Assembly: GCA_018401705.1 (NCBI GenBank)
Contig: JAGYKL010000004.1
Location: 37,810 to 101,809, forward strand
Direction of reading: 5' to 3'
DNA length: 64,000 nucleotides
Source of the DNA: Bacteroidia bacterium
GTDB lineage: Bacteria > Bacteroidota > Bacteroidia > M30B66
Shown here: positions 1 to 10,940 of the stretch, piece by piece
Layout of the letters: every line of letters begins with the position of its first letter
Position numbering within the stretch: the first letter of the stretch is position 1
The notes under the pieces: model-generated
The model's database searches: none
What the model saw: the letters and a program-made list of their open reading frames with translations, nothing else
What the model was told of the DNA's origin: nothing
Position numbers and translations under genes: made by a program

Positions 1-20
1 GTGAGACCGATCAGGTAGAT

Positions 21-629
21 ATGGATTTGCTTTTGCAGATGTTGAAAGCTTTTGGAGAGAATAATTATTTCCCGAAAGAAGAACTTTCAAAATTGCCTCT
101 GCAGTCTATCATCGAATACCTAATTAAGACACACGTTTATTATATAAACTCTAGACTTCCAAGAATAGAGCAGTTCATCGATCTTTTAGTCGATCACTAT
201 GGTAAATTCGATGTTCACCTTTATTTATTAAAAGACTATTTTCAAGATTATAAGCGTGATATGTATGCTCATATCTGCATTGAAGAAAGAGATTTATTCC
301 CATACGTTCTAAGATTGATTAAGTGTGCTGGTGAAGATTTAAACAGCGTGCAACTATTCAACTTGCTGGAGCAAAATGCCATCACTCGTTTTATTAACGA
401 GCATCATCATGTAGAAGATGAATTAGGGGAGATTCGACGCCGACTTAATAATTATTCTGAAGCGAATAATCATAAAGTTCAAATTACTACTCTGTTTTAT
501 GAACTTCGCATGTTTGAGATAGATCTTCTTACTCATGGAAAAGTTGAAGATGAGATTCTTATACCGCGAGCTCAGGAAATAGAAAAAAGCTTAAGCGCTA
601 ATCTTCTCAGGAAAGCTCGATTGAGTTAA
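21..629 (+). CDS. hypothetical protein, possibly hemerythrin-like (His/Glu-rich HHHVEDE motif); function uncertain
   Basis: ORF with an ATG at 21. No family signature is recognisable apart from a His-rich segment. Its 3' end overlaps the miaA stop convergently. Confidence 0.3.
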   Translation: MDLLLQMLKAFGENNYFPKEELSKLPLQSIIEYLIKTHVYYINSRLPRIEQFIDLLVDHYGKFDVHLYLLKDYFQDYKRDMYAHICIEERDLFPYVLRLIKCAGEDLNSVQLFNLLEQNAITRFINEHHHVEDELGEIRRRLNNYSEANNHKVQITTLFYELRMFEIDLLTHGKVEDEILIPRAQEIEKSLSANLLRKARLS

Positions 630-1530
630 GATTTTCCTCAATTTTATTTATTATCCTTTCAGCATCCTCATTTGGTTTTACCCAAATTACAGATTGCTGA
701 TTTCTTATCCAAGTCAATTGACGTTTTGCATATCGGCGGGTATTCATTTGGATTTTAGAAATAGCCTCTTCTAAATTTATTGCCCCATCAAAGTGCTCGA
801 AAATCTCTTTAAAACCAACTGTTTGAAGGGCATTTATTTCCCTGAAAGGATAAACCGATTTTGCTTCATCAAGCCAACCGGATGAAATCATTTTATTGGT
901 TCTTTTATCAATTTGGGAATATAGCTCCTCTCTCGGCAAATCAGTAGCTAGGATAACAGCATTGAAATTTCTTTCTGCCTGATGTTTATTCCTGAATGAA
1001 CTATATGTCTTGCCGCTCAATCTAATTATTTCAACTGCTCTGATAACTCTTTGCTTGTTTGATAAATCAGCCTCTTTTGCATATTCAGGATCAGTTCTCT
1101 GCAGTTCATTCTTCAATTTCTCGCAGTCTGTTTTCCATTCAGTTTCTAATTCGCCCCTTAACTCACTTGATGCAAAAGGAATATTATCCAATCCTTCAAG
1201 TAGCGCCTTAATATATAATCCTGTTCCTCCACAAACGATTTGTGTTTTATTTTCTTCAAAAAGGCTGTTCAGAATGCTAAGCGCTTCTTTCTCATAGATT
1301 CCCGCATTAAACGCATCATGTATAGAGTGACTTCCAACCAGAAAGTGCTTAACCTCTGCTAACTCCTTCTTATCTGGTGCAGCACTTCCTATTGGGATTT
1401 CTTTGAATACTTGTCTAGAATCTGCCGAAACAATGCTGCATTGAAAGACCTTTGCAAGGCGTATGCTCAAGGCTGTTTTACCCGATCCTGTCGGACCTGT
1501 GATTACTATCACAAGCGGCTTCTTCATCAA
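607..1530 (-). CDS. miaA: tRNA dimethylallyltransferase (tRNA isopentenyltransferase)
   Basis: The N-terminal P-loop VITGPTGSGKTALS is followed by SADSRQV and GGTGLYIKALLEG, the conserved MiaA architecture. Length of about 307 aa is typical. Confidence 0.9.
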   Translation of the reverse strand: MMKKPLVIVITGPTGSGKTALSIRLAKVFQCSIVSADSRQVFKEIPIGSAAPDKKELAEVKHFLVGSHSIHDAFNAGIYEKEALSILNSLFEENKTQIVCGGTGLYIKALLEGLDNIPFASSELRGELETEWKTDCEKLKNELQRTDPEYAKEADLSNKQRVIRAVEIIRLSGKTYSSFRNKHQAERNFNAVILATDLPREELYSQIDKRTNKMISSGWLDEAKSVYPFREINALQTVGFKEIFEHFDGAINLEEAISKIQMNTRRYAKRQLTWIRNQQSVIWVKPNEDAERIINKIEENLNSIELS

Positions 1531-2294
1531 TCTTCATCATATCCGGAGCTGCCTCCGTAATCTTCATCATAATCATCAGAACCAAATTCGTCTTCATCAT
1601 CATTACCATAATCAGAAGATGAACTTTCATCTATTTCGGTAGTATTGTTGAATTCTTCAGCCAATTTAGAAATCTCAGAATCAGTCTCTAAATCCTCTTC
1701 TTCCAAATCAGCTTCCTCTATATTCACTGCTTCTTCATCTTCTGCAGCAGCAGTTTCAGAATCATCATCATCATCTAATTTCATGCTTCCTAGCATAGCC
1801 AAAAGAAGATCTTCTTCATTATCCACTGGCTTTTTAGAACGTCGGCCGCGCCCATCTTCTTCTTTCTCCTCTCTTACGGGAATAATTAACTCTTCCTTGT
1901 ACTGAACAGGAGGCAAACCAAAAGTTACTGATATCTTAGGGTACGTTGCCCGGTATTCAGGTGAGGCAATTATGCGAATCAATTCAACCTGGAAGCTCCA
2001 TTTTGCCGTCTCATCATATTCAAATAAAAATTTCTGATGCGGGTCGTCAATATGGTCAACCAATTCTACCTTTTTTAAGGCGCTCAGATTTTTGCCGCTT
2101 ACACTGCCAATACTTTTGCCCTTTCGCCAATTATGATCGGCAAGAAAAAACTCACCATGATGTTTATTGTCAAAGCCAACTGCAGCCAGCAACTCAGTAA
2201 ATAAGTCTGCGAAAGTATGTGTGGCTTCAAAGTCGATATCCCTGTGAACATCGTCATAATCCTCAAATGTTACTCGAAATCTTAATATGCTCAT
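1527..2294 (-). CDS. PRiA4b-ORF3-like domain protein with a ~90-aa poly-acidic C-terminal tail
   Basis: The N-terminal 160 aa (RFRVTFEDYDDVHRDIDFEATHTFADLFTELLAAVGFDNKHHGEFF) resembles the plasmid pRiA4b ORF-3 family. The C-terminus is roughly 60% D/E. A 4-bp ATGA overlap with the miaA start implies translational coupling. Confidence 0.5.
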   Translation of the reverse strand: MSILRFRVTFEDYDDVHRDIDFEATHTFADLFTELLAAVGFDNKHHGEFFLADHNWRKGKSIGSVSGKNLSALKKVELVDHIDDPHQKFLFEYDETAKWSFQVELIRIIASPEYRATYPKISVTFGLPPVQYKEELIIPVREEKEEDGRGRRSKKPVDNEEDLLLAMLGSMKLDDDDDSETAAAEDEEAVNIEEADLEEEDLETDSEISKLAEEFNNTTEIDESSSSDYGNDDEDEFGSDDYDEDYGGSSGYDED

Positions 2295-2299
2295 GTGTT

Positions 2300-3745
2300 C
2301 TAATCTTCGTTCTCAGATATAGATGATTGTAAAATGTTCTTAGCCGTCAAACCCATAACTTCAGCTTCAGCTATCATATATTGATACGCCGCCTCAAAAG
2401 AATTAGGAATCTGACCATCTAATATTGCTTCTCTTATTGCAGTTTTCAAAACTCCAATCTCCTTCCCTGGTTTTATATCAAAAGTAGCCATGATATCCAT
2501 TCCTGTTACAGGTGGTTGCCAGTTTCTTAATCTGTCTTTTTCTTCAAGTTCAACAAGTTTTTGGCGAACTAATTCAAAGTTAGCTAAATACTTGTTCACC
2601 TTCTCCTGATTCTTTGAAGTTATGTCTGCTTCGCATAAAGTCATTAAATCATCCACGTCATCTCCTGCTTCAAATAATAATCTGCGTACAGCAGAATCAG
2701 TAACTATTTCTTTGCTTAAAACAATTGGCCTCAAATGAAGCATAACCAATTTCTGGACATACTTCATTTTATCATTCAGAGGTAATTTAAGCTTCTTAAA
2801 TATTCCGGGTACCATCTTGGCTCCTCTATCTTCATGACCATGAAATGTCCAGCCATGATTCTCCTCAAATCGTCTAGTTACAGGCTTTGCAATATCATGC
2901 AATATAGCTGCCCAACGCAACCAAAGAGAATCAGTGTTTTCACAAATATTATCCAACACCTGCAAGGTGTGATAAAAATTATCTTTATGTGCTTTCCCTT
3001 TAATCACTTTAATCCCTTGTAATGCAACCATCTCAGGAAAAAACTGTTGAAGTAAGCCTGTGTCGAACAAATGTTTAAACCCAACCGATGGCTTTGGCGA
3101 AAGAATAATCTTATTCAATTCATCTGTGATTCTTTCCATTGAAACAATCTTGAGTCTCTCCGCATTGCGCTTCATCGACTCTAATGAGCTTCTATCAATC
3201 TGAAAATTTAACTGTGATGCGAATCGTATCGCCCGCATCATCCTTAATGGGTCATCACTGTATGTTTTATCAGGGTCAAGCGGCGTTCTGATGATTTTCT
3301 TTTCTAAATCAGAAATTCCTCCAAATGGGTCAATAACTTCCCCCGTTAAGGGGAATAGCTGAATTGCCATTGCGTTTATAGTGAAATCTCTTCTTTCCTG
3401 ATCCTCCTCTAAGCTTCCATCTTCAACAATTGGCTTTCTAGAATCTAAACGGTACGACTCTTTTCGAGCCCCAACAAACTCAAGTTCCCAATCACTTGTG
3501 TGAATCATTGCAGTGCCAAAGTTCTTGAAAATGTGAACTTTAACATCTTTTCCAATTGCACTTGCAATTGCCTTTGCGAAATCTATTCCACTGCCTTCTA
3601 CTACAATATCAATGTCTTTTTTAGAACCTCGGTTAAGCAGCTGATCACGCACATAGCCTCCTATAACAAAAGCATTAATGCCTTTGGCGGAAGCTGTTTT
3701 TGAAAGCAGTTCGAAAATTGGATCTGTGAGATTTAGTGTTGCCAC
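2300..3745 (-). CDS. cca: CCA-adding tRNA nucleotidyltransferase / poly(A) polymerase family with HD domain
   Basis: Class-II nucleotidyltransferase head motif [11 protein letters not shown] and DIDIVV. An HD motif (ILHDIAKP) lies downstream. Length 481 aa. Confidence 0.8.
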   Translation of the reverse strand: MATLNLTDPIFELLSKTASAKGINAFVIGGYVRDQLLNRGSKKDIDIVVEGSGIDFAKAIASAIGKDVKVHIFKNFGTAMIHTSDWELEFVGARKESYRLDSRKPIVEDGSLEEDQERRDFTINAMAIQLFPLTGEVIDPFGGISDLEKKIIRTPLDPDKTYSDDPLRMMRAIRFASQLNFQIDRSSLESMKRNAERLKIVSMERITDELNKIILSPKPSVGFKHLFDTGLLQQFFPEMVALQGIKVIKGKAHKDNFYHTLQVLDNICENTDSLWLRWAAILHDIAKPVTRRFEENHGWTFHGHEDRGAKMVPGIFKKLKLPLNDKMKYVQKLVMLHLRPIVLSKEIVTDSAVRRLLFEAGDDVDDLMTLCEADITSKNQEKVNKYLANFELVRQKLVELEEKDRLRNWQPPVTGMDIMATFDIKPGKEIGVLKTAIREAILDGQIPNSFEAAYQYMIAEAEVMGLTAKNILQSSISENED

Positions 3746-3771
3746 GCTTGCGGCAAAAATAGAATTTTAAC

Positions 3772-4752
3772 TTACTTAATAAACGCCAAAACCTGCGAAA
3801 TTTCAATCTCTTCGGCACATTTAAAATGCCCTCTGGGGCAAGCTTTGTAGCCATGTAAGCCACAAGGTCTGCATTCAAGGGGACTTTTTATTTCAACTAC
3901 ATGCGAATTTGTGGACAAAGGACCAAAGCCAAATTGAGGCACAGTACTGCAATAAATGGCTGTAACAGGAGCATCAACAGCAGAACATAAATGCATTGGA
4001 GCAGAGTCATTTACTACATTCATTACCGCTCCTTTCATTAAAGCTGCCGATTGAAGCAGGTCTAATTCACCACAAATATTTTTAACATCAAAATCCTTCA
4101 CTTGTGAGCTAATCTCATTACATAATTGAGTATCAGAAGGAGCTCCTAACAAATAAATCTCGTAGGGCTTATTTAGGTTTCTTATTAAATCAACCCATTT
4201 GTGAGCGGGCCACTGTTTGGTAAACCAAACGGATGCAGGAGCAATGCAGATATAGTCTCTCTCGGGTATGAATTTCGCCTGTGGAGGATAGAGTTTCGGT
4301 TTTGCTTCACCACTAATTCCAAGTGGCTTAATCAGCTCAAGGTTTCTCTCACATTCGTGAACTCCATTTTGAATCTGATGAGCTACCTTATGATTGAAAA
4401 ACCTCGAAAAAGGATTCTTATTAAATCCGATTTTGATTCCAGCTTTTGAGAATGCTGTCAAGAAACCTGAAGCAGCAAACCTTTGGCAATTAATCACTAA
4501 ATCGTATTTCTGCCTTCTAATGGCAATTAAAAGGAAAAATAAATTTCGATATTTTGATTGACTTTTGTTCCACACGAAAGCTCGTTTTATAAAAGGATGC
4601 CCTTTAAATAAGCTTTCGCTTCCTTTTCTCACAACAATATCAATCTCAGCATCCTTATAATTCTGATGAAGAGCTTCCAGTATTGGCGTTGCCAAAATCA
4701 CATCGCCAATAAAGGCTGTTTGTATTAGAAGTATCTTTTTCAATTCGATCAA
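3772..4752 (-). CDS. glycosyltransferase family 9 (ADP-heptose:LPS heptosyltransferase-like)
   Basis: N-terminal ILLIQTAFIGDVILATPILEAL and overall GT9 (RfaF/WaaC) organisation. Size 326 aa. Confidence 0.7.
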   Translation of the reverse strand: MIELKKILLIQTAFIGDVILATPILEALHQNYKDAEIDIVVRKGSESLFKGHPFIKRAFVWNKSQSKYRNLFFLLIAIRRQKYDLVINCQRFAASGFLTAFSKAGIKIGFNKNPFSRFFNHKVAHQIQNGVHECERNLELIKPLGISGEAKPKLYPPQAKFIPERDYICIAPASVWFTKQWPAHKWVDLIRNLNKPYEIYLLGAPSDTQLCNEISSQVKDFDVKNICGELDLLQSAALMKGAVMNVVNDSAPMHLCSAVDAPVTAIYCSTVPQFGFGPLSTNSHVVEIKSPLECRPCGLHGYKACPRGHFKCAEEIEISQVLAFIK

Positions 4753-4773
4753 TTACATGAAATTGATTCTTGT

Positions 4774-5580
4774 TTACACCGCAACGCTATGCTCTCTGAG
4801 TGCATCGTTTAATGAAGTCTTCAAGTCAGTAGATGCTTTTCTTTGACCAATAATCAATGCACAAGGTACCTGATATTGCCCCGATGGAAAGTTCTTTGTA
4901 TAAGATCCTGGAATCACAACGGCTCGCGGTGGAACTTCGCCTTTGTATTCAACCGGATCTTTTCCAGTTACATCAATTATTTTAGTGCTTTTAGTTATTA
5001 CCACGTTGGCTCCAAGAACAGCTTCTTTTCCAACTTTTACGCCTTCAACAACAATGCATCTTGAACCAATAAAACAACCATCTTCTATTATAACCGGACT
5101 GGCTTGAATGGGTTCTAGTACACCACCGATTCCAACTCCACCGCTTAAGTGAACATTTTTTCCTATTTGTGCACAAGAACCAACTGTTGCCCAAGTATCT
5201 ACCATAGTACCTTCATCAACATAAGCTCCAATATTCACATACGATGGCATAAGAATTACTCCTTTGGCAATATAACTTCCATAGCGAGCAACAGCATGAG
5301 GCACTACTCTAACTCCTAGAGCAGCATAACCTGTTTTAAGTTGCATTTTATCGTGAAACTCAAAGGGTCCCAACTCAATGGTTTTCATCTGTTGAATTGG
5401 AAAATAAAGAATCACGGCTTTCTTAACCCATTCGTTTACTTTCCAGCCTTCGGCTGATGGTTCAGCTACCCTGATTCTTCCTTTATCAATTTCTTCAATG
5501 ACTTCCCGAATTGATTTCTGTACGTTCGAATCGCTAAGCATTTCTCGATTCTCCCATGCTTTTTCTATCATTTCCTGCAT
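4774..5580 (-). CDS. dapD: 2,3,4,5-tetrahydropyridine-2,6-dicarboxylate N-succinyl/acyltransferase
   Basis: Left-handed beta-helix hexapeptide repeats (GAYVDEGTMVDTWATVGSCAQIGKNVHLSGGVGIGGVLEP) and a DapD-type N-terminal domain. Confidence 0.85.
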   Translation of the reverse strand: MQEMIEKAWENREMLSDSNVQKSIREVIEEIDKGRIRVAEPSAEGWKVNEWVKKAVILYFPIQQMKTIELGPFEFHDKMQLKTGYAALGVRVVPHAVARYGSYIAKGVILMPSYVNIGAYVDEGTMVDTWATVGSCAQIGKNVHLSGGVGIGGVLEPIQASPVIIEDGCFIGSRCIVVEGVKVGKEAVLGANVVITKSTKIIDVTGKDPVEYKGEVPPRAVVIPGSYTKNFPSGQYQVPCALIIGQRKASTDLKTSLNDALREHSVAV

Positions 5581-5701
5581 GAGGCCAAAGATAGAAATAC
5601 AAGGCGTTTATTTTTCTCATATCCATTTAAGCTTTATGAAGGTGTTAAAAACAGACTGCTAAATCGCTCGACTCATCTTGTTTTACGGTTATCTTCGTGC
5701 C

Positions 5702-6943
5702 ATGATTTCTTACGAAAAATTCACTTTAGCCAACGGACTCAGGGTAATTGTGCATGAAGATCACTCTACTCCAATGGCATGTATAAATATACTTTATGAT
5801 GTTGGTGCAAGAGATGAAGAGGAGGAAAGGACAGGATTCGCGCATTTGTTTGAGCACCTCATGTTTGGCGGAAGTGTAAATATTCCCAACTATGATTCCC
5901 CTCTTCAACAGGTTGGAGGGGAGAACAATGCCTTCACTAATAATGATGTAACCAATTATTACCTCACTTTACCTGCCGAAAATCTCGAAACCGGCTTTTG
6001 GTTAGAGTCAGACAGGATGTTGAGTCTTGCATTTTCAGATAAAAGCCTGGAGGTTCAGCAAAATGTAGTAGTTGAGGAGTTCAAGCAACGTTATTTGAAT
6101 CAGCCTTATGGTGATGAATGGTTGCTAATCAGGCCTTTGGCATATAAAGTTCACCCTTACCGCTGGGCTACCATAGGCAAAGAAATTTCTCATATTGAAG
6201 ATGCTGTTATGGATGATGTGAAAGACTTTTTCAAGAGGTTTTATCATCCTTCAAATGCGATTCTGGTTGTAGCTGGTGATGTTGAGCTTTCGAAAGTAAA
6301 GGAACTTTCAGAAAAATGGTTTGCACCAATTGACCCTGGTCAGAAGAACATTAGGCAATTGCCACAAGAACCCAAGCAGACAGAAGGTCGTTTTCTTGAG
6401 GTCTTTAAAGATGTTCCATCTGATAGCTTAACTAAAGTGTGGCATATGTCGCCAAGAATGGCAAAAGAATATTATGCTCAAGATTTGCTTTCAGATGTTT
6501 TGGGTAGAGGTTCTTCGTCAAGACTTCACACTAAACTGGTAAAGGAAAGACAGCTATTTTCAGGTATTTCTGCTTATGTTACTGGAAGTTTTGATGCAGG
6601 CTTGCTTGTAGTTCATGGGCGCTTGGTAAATGGGGTTGCTTTAGAAGAAGCCGATGATGCCATTCTGGAGGTGATTGAAGAACTCAAGTCAAAACCTCTC
6701 GACTCAAATGAATTGCAGAAGGTAAAACATAAAGCCGAAAGCACTCATGTTTTTGGCGAAATGAGTATTCTTAATAAAGCCATGAATCTCGCATTTGGTG
6801 AATTGCTTGGAGATATTGAGATGGTAAATACCGAGATTGATAAAATAAATGCTGTTACCGAGGATGATATTTTAACTCAGGCAAAACAGATTTTGGTAAG
6901 TACAAATTGTTCAACATTATTTTATAGGAGGAAAGAAGCATGA
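5702..6943 (+). CDS. M16 family zinc metallopeptidase (pitrilysin-like), active subunit
   Basis: The inverted zinc-binding motif HxxEH is present (GFAHLFEHLMFGG). The track ORF starts at 5678, but the ATG at 5702 (MISYEKF) fits M16 N-termini better. Confidence 0.8.
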   Translation: MISYEKFTLANGLRVIVHEDHSTPMACINILYDVGARDEEEERTGFAHLFEHLMFGGSVNIPNYDSPLQQVGGENNAFTNNDVTNYYLTLPAENLETGFWLESDRMLSLAFSDKSLEVQQNVVVEEFKQRYLNQPYGDEWLLIRPLAYKVHPYRWATIGKEISHIEDAVMDDVKDFFKRFYHPSNAILVVAGDVELSKVKELSEKWFAPIDPGQKNIRQLPQEPKQTEGRFLEVFKDVPSDSLTKVWHMSPRMAKEYYAQDLLSDVLGRGSSSRLHTKLVKERQLFSGISAYVTGSFDAGLLVVHGRLVNGVALEEADDAILEVIEELKSKPLDSNELQKVKHKAESTHVFGEMSILNKAMNLAFGELLGDIEMVNTEIDKINAVTEDDILTQAKQILVSTNCSTLFYRRKEA

Positions 6944-8223
6944 GTGTATTAAACAGAGTAATTCCTCCAGCAGCTAATCCAATTCGAGACGTAAAACTCG
7001 AATCTCCCAATAAATTTGAGTTGCCGAATGGGATTGATTTATTTACACTTTCCGCGGGAACGCAGGAAGTAGTTAAAATTGAGCTAGTTTTCGAATCGGG
7101 AAGTATTTCTCATCATAATCCATTGGTTCCAGGATTCGCAGTTGCAATTCTGCGGGAAGGGACTTCCACGAAAAATGCAGCTCAAATAGCAGAGGCTATT
7201 GATGATTATGGAGCGTACTTGGAAACCGATATAGGCAAGGACTATACTTCTGTAACCTTGGTTACTCTTTCTCGCTTCTTACCCCAAACATTGCCTGTGC
7301 TCATTGAAATTATCAGAGATTCCGCATTTCCCGAGAAGGAATTTGAAATTAAAAGAGCAAACCGCCGACAAAAGTATCTTGTTGGATTAGAGAAGGTTGG
7401 GTTTGTTGCAGGCAAGCGATTTCAGGAAATCTTGTTTCAATCGCAAGGATATGGTGCTGCGTTTAATGAAGAATCTTATAACCGCGTTTCGCGGGATGAA
7501 GTTCTTGAATTTTATCAAAAGCATATTCAAAGGAGTCCTTTCAAAATCTTTATGAGCGGCTTCTTAACAAAGGAAGATATTCACTTAGTTAAAACGGAGT
7601 TTTCTGCTTTAACCGATATTAAAACAGAGCTTGATTCTATTGACTATAATTCGGTAGATGTGATAACTCCTATTCAAGAGCTTATCGTGAAAGACAATGC
7701 TATGCAATCGGCTGTTAGAATAGGCAGGAAGCTGTTTACACGCAATCACCCCGACTATTTTGGGATGAAAGTTCTTTGCACCATTTTAGGTGGATATTTT
7801 GGCTCGCGCCTGATGACAAATATTCGCGAAGATAAAGGCTATACTTACGGAATAGGAGCGGGGATGGCTTCAATGAAGCAGGATGGATATTTTTACATAA
7901 GCACCGAAGTTGGGGTTGATGTTTGTGCTAATGCTATTTCAGAAATCTACAAGGAAATAAGCTTTTTGCAAGATTCTGCAGTGCTTAACACCGAGCTTGA
8001 ATTAGTCAAAAACTACATGCTTGGCTCATTGTTAAAGAGTTTTGAGGGGCCATTCGAACGCATGGAGCGATTCAAGCTTGTGAACCTTCAGGGATTTGAT
8101 GTGGATTATTATTTAAACTATTCTCAGGCAATTCGAGAAATCACAGCTTCCCAACTAATGCATCTTGCAAATAAGTGGCTTCAAAAAGATGATTTGATAG
8201 AGTTAGTTGTAGGGAAGAAATGA
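6940..8223 (+). CDS. M16 family peptidase-like protein, probably the non-catalytic partner subunit
   Basis: M16 fold signatures without HxxEH. ATGA overlap with the upstream M16 gene gives the classic two-subunit arrangement. Confidence 0.75.
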   Translation: MSVLNRVIPPAANPIRDVKLESPNKFELPNGIDLFTLSAGTQEVVKIELVFESGSISHHNPLVPGFAVAILREGTSTKNAAQIAEAIDDYGAYLETDIGKDYTSVTLVTLSRFLPQTLPVLIEIIRDSAFPEKEFEIKRANRRQKYLVGLEKVGFVAGKRFQEILFQSQGYGAAFNEESYNRVSRDEVLEFYQKHIQRSPFKIFMSGFLTKEDIHLVKTEFSALTDIKTELDSIDYNSVDVITPIQELIVKDNAMQSAVRIGRKLFTRNHPDYFGMKVLCTILGGYFGSRLMTNIREDKGYTYGIGAGMASMKQDGYFYISTEVGVDVCANAISEIYKEISFLQDSAVLNTELELVKNYMLGSLLKSFEGPFERMERFKLVNLQGFDVDYYLNYSQAIREITASQLMHLANKWLQKDDLIELVVGKK

Positions 8224-8303
8224 GAATAGTATAGTTAATAGGCAGTCTGCTCTCCAAGAATAGGCTCTTTAAACTATGTCAAGTAAATTTAGGCAAGGTC
8301 ACA

Positions 8304-8366
8304 CTATCTACTATCCACTATCCACTATCTACTATCTACTATCCACTATCTACTATCCACTATCTA
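8304..8366. repeat. perfect heptanucleotide tandem repeat (CTATCYA)x9 plus a partial unit
   Basis: Counted directly: 9 contiguous 7-bp units alternate CTATCTA and CTATCCA. The last unit overlaps the final two sense codons and stop of guaB (minus strand). Confidence 0.9.
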
Positions 8367-9862
8367 CTAGAATAATTAGGTGCTTCACGTGTAATGCTTA
8401 CATCATGAGGATGTGATTCTCTGGCTCCAGCAGCTGTGATTCTGATAAATTTCTTGGTCTGTAATTCAGTAATTGTTTTAGCTCCACAATATCCCATCCC
8501 GGCGCGTAAGCCGCCGATGAGCTGATACAGGACTTCGCTTAATGCGCCTTTAAACGGAACTTGACCTACAATGCCTTCAGGAACAAGTTTTTTGATATCA
8601 TCCTCAGCATCCTGAAAATACCTGTCTTTAGAGCCAGTTTGCATAGCTTCAATTGATCCCATGCCACGATAAGACTTAAATTTTCTGCCTTCAAAAATAA
8701 TAGTCTCTCCCGGAGATTCTTCAACTCCGGCAAACATAGAACCAGCCATTATACTTGAGGCTCCGGCTGCTAGTGCTTTCACAATATCACCCGAGAAACG
8801 TATCCCGCCATCGGCGATTACTGGAACTCCAGTTCCTCTAAGAGCATGAGCAACATCCATAACAGCAGTTAGCTGTGGTACTCCAACACCTGCAATTATT
8901 CTGGTGGTACAAATAGAACCGGGTCCAATTCCCACTTTAACAGCATCAGCGCCAGCTTCAACCAAAGCAAGGGCAGCCTCTGCGGTTGCAATATTACCCA
9001 CAATAACTTGCAAATCAGGATGAAGTCTTTTTACCTCTTTAAGTTTGTCAATTACTCCTTTTGAATGACCGTGAGCCGTATCTATAATTACTGCATCAGC
9101 TCCGGCATTTTTCAATGCCTGAACTCTTTCTAAGGTATCGCCGGTTACTCCAACGGCGGCAGCTACTCTTAGCCTCCCGAAGTCATCTTTGCACGCATTA
9201 GGACGTAAGCGATTCTTTATAATGTCTTTGTAAGTAATGAGTCCAACTAGCTTATGGTTTGAATCAACTACCGGAAGTTTTTCAATTTTATATTCCTGTA
9301 ATAGGATTTCTGCCTTTTCAAGATTAGTTTCTTCTGTAGTGATGATGTTCTCTTTTGTCATCACCTCTTTAACAGGCTTATCGTATCGTTTTTCGAACCT
9401 CAAATCTCTGTTGGTTATAATTCCAACAAGTTTTTTATTGCCATCAACAACCGGAATTCCGCCAATCTTATTCTCTTTCATCAATTGCAAAGCATCAGCA
9501 ACTAATGCATCTTCATGCATCGTTACCGGATCAATAATCATCCCGCTTTCAGAGCGTTTAACCTTTTTAACCTCGGCAGCCTGGCGCTCAATACTCATAT
9601 TCTTATGAAGTACTCCAATGCCTCCTTCCTGAGCAATCGCAATTGCTAAAGCTGATTCAGTAACTGTATCCATTGCAGCTGAAACAACAGGGACATTTAA
9701 TCGAATGCCTTTGCTAAACTGACTGTATATTTCAGCTTCTCTTGGTAATACTTCAGAATAATCTGGAATTAAAAGAACGTCATCGTAAGTGAGTCCTTCT
9801 ACAAGTGGAGTATGTGAATCCATGCAATCGAGAATCGGGGTTTTGTCCCGAATTGCGCGCAA
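8360..9862 (-). CDS. guaB: inosine-5'-monophosphate dehydrogenase
   Basis: IMPDH catalytic loop [14 protein letters not shown]-pair insertion. GGIRFSGD and the C-terminal flap. Length 500 aa. Confidence 0.95.
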   Translation of the reverse strand: MRAIRDKTPILDCMDSHTPLVEGLTYDDVLLIPDYSEVLPREAEIYSQFSKGIRLNVPVVSAAMDTVTESALAIAIAQEGGIGVLHKNMSIERQAAEVKKVKRSESGMIIDPVTMHEDALVADALQLMKENKIGGIPVVDGNKKLVGIITNRDLRFEKRYDKPVKEVMTKENIITTEETNLEKAEILLQEYKIEKLPVVDSNHKLVGLITYKDIIKNRLRPNACKDDFGRLRVAAAVGVTGDTLERVQALKNAGADAVIIDTAHGHSKGVIDKLKEVKRLHPDLQVIVGNIATAEAALALVEAGADAVKVGIGPGSICTTRIIAGVGVPQLTAVMDVAHALRGTGVPVIADGGIRFSGDIVKALAAGASSIMAGSMFAGVEESPGETIIFEGRKFKSYRGMGSIEAMQTGSKDRYFQDAEDDIKKLVPEGIVGQVPFKGALSEVLYQLIGGLRAGMGYCGAKTITELQTKKFIRITAAGARESHPHDVSITREAPNYSSR

Positions 9863-9918
9863 ATATAGAAAGAAAAATATTGCTATACGTTAAGCAAACG
9901 TTAGGGTTAACAGAAATG

Positions 9919-10827
9919 TTAGAACATTATTCCGTTATTGAGAAATATCTTCATTAAAATCAGAACAGATGCAAGTATTATCAGAAATCTATTTTCAATT
10001 AATCCAGTTTCAGGAAGTCTGTAAATCATTATCATTCTGTTTTTTAGAGCATTAATAAAAATAGAAACAATAATCACGAAGAGACAAAAAACTAAAGCTA
10101 AGTTTAGAATAAAAGAGCCATCAGAAAAATAAACAAGTGAAATTGCCGATCCAATAAAATAAGGCAGAAGCACTGTTTGGAACAAATAAACTATTTTATT
10201 CTCATTCTTTACAACATGCTGAGTGCTGTTAGTTATTTGAATAAATGGTTTTGCAACTAAAGAACCTATGAATATTAAAAGTAAGCTTGCTATAATTGAA
10301 GCAATTAGCTTGGCGAAATCTTCCCAATAGAGGTAGTCTGCGACTATACCTAGAAAACTAGCGTTGATTCCTTGTGAACCAGTGTTTTTAATAGGCATCA
10401 GCACCATTTCTGCGCAGAAAAAGTTCAAATAGTGGATTCCTAACCAAAGCCAGAAGGTTTTTTGAATACCAGGCCTTTTTCGATATATCTTTTGAATAAC
10501 TAGAGCTAAGATGCCTGCAAGTAAACAAAAGAAAGGCCCTGATATGAAGGTCTTCAAAACAGGCTCAACGGTCCACAAATCATAATTTTGAGTGAAGTCT
10601 ACCTTAAAGAAAAATAATTTGTAAAAAAGATGATACCGCTTAGCAAAAAGTGCTGTTACAATATTAAAGCTCACATACGAAATTGTGAATGCAGCCAAAT
10701 AAGCAATCGTCGAATTAATAATTCGATTATTCCTTTCTTGCTCGCCTGAACCATGGCGACTAGAAATTTTTTCAGTAAAATCAAGGTTTCTATTACTTGA
10801 CGTCATCTGATTGGGTTGGGTGCTCAT
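9919..10827 (-). CDS. hypothetical polytopic inner-membrane protein
   Basis: Several hydrophobic segments of about 8 TM-like stretches. No recognisable family. Confidence 0.45.
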   Translation of the reverse strand: MSTQPNQMTSSNRNLDFTEKISSRHGSGEQERNNRIINSTIAYLAAFTISYVSFNIVTALFAKRYHLFYKLFFFKVDFTQNYDLWTVEPVLKTFISGPFFCLLAGILALVIQKIYRKRPGIQKTFWLWLGIHYLNFFCAEMVLMPIKNTGSQGINASFLGIVADYLYWEDFAKLIASIIASLLLIFIGSLVAKPFIQITNSTQHVVKNENKIVYLFQTVLLPYFIGSAISLVYFSDGSFILNLALVFCLFVIIVSIFINALKNRMIMIYRLPETGLIENRFLIILASVLILMKIFLNNGIMF

Positions 10828-10940
10828 TGTTGCAAATATACCCGAAAATTAATCTCTTTGTCAAACTGTATCATTTGTATTCTTTCTTTGATATATCTAA
10901 CGGTTCACCTAATTTCGCACGCTCATTAAAATAAACAAAC

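Noticed and set aside
1010-1297. 95-aa plus-strand ORF inside miaA
   Set aside because: It is antisense to miaA, and its low-complexity Ser/Leu-rich translation is typical of a spurious ORF.
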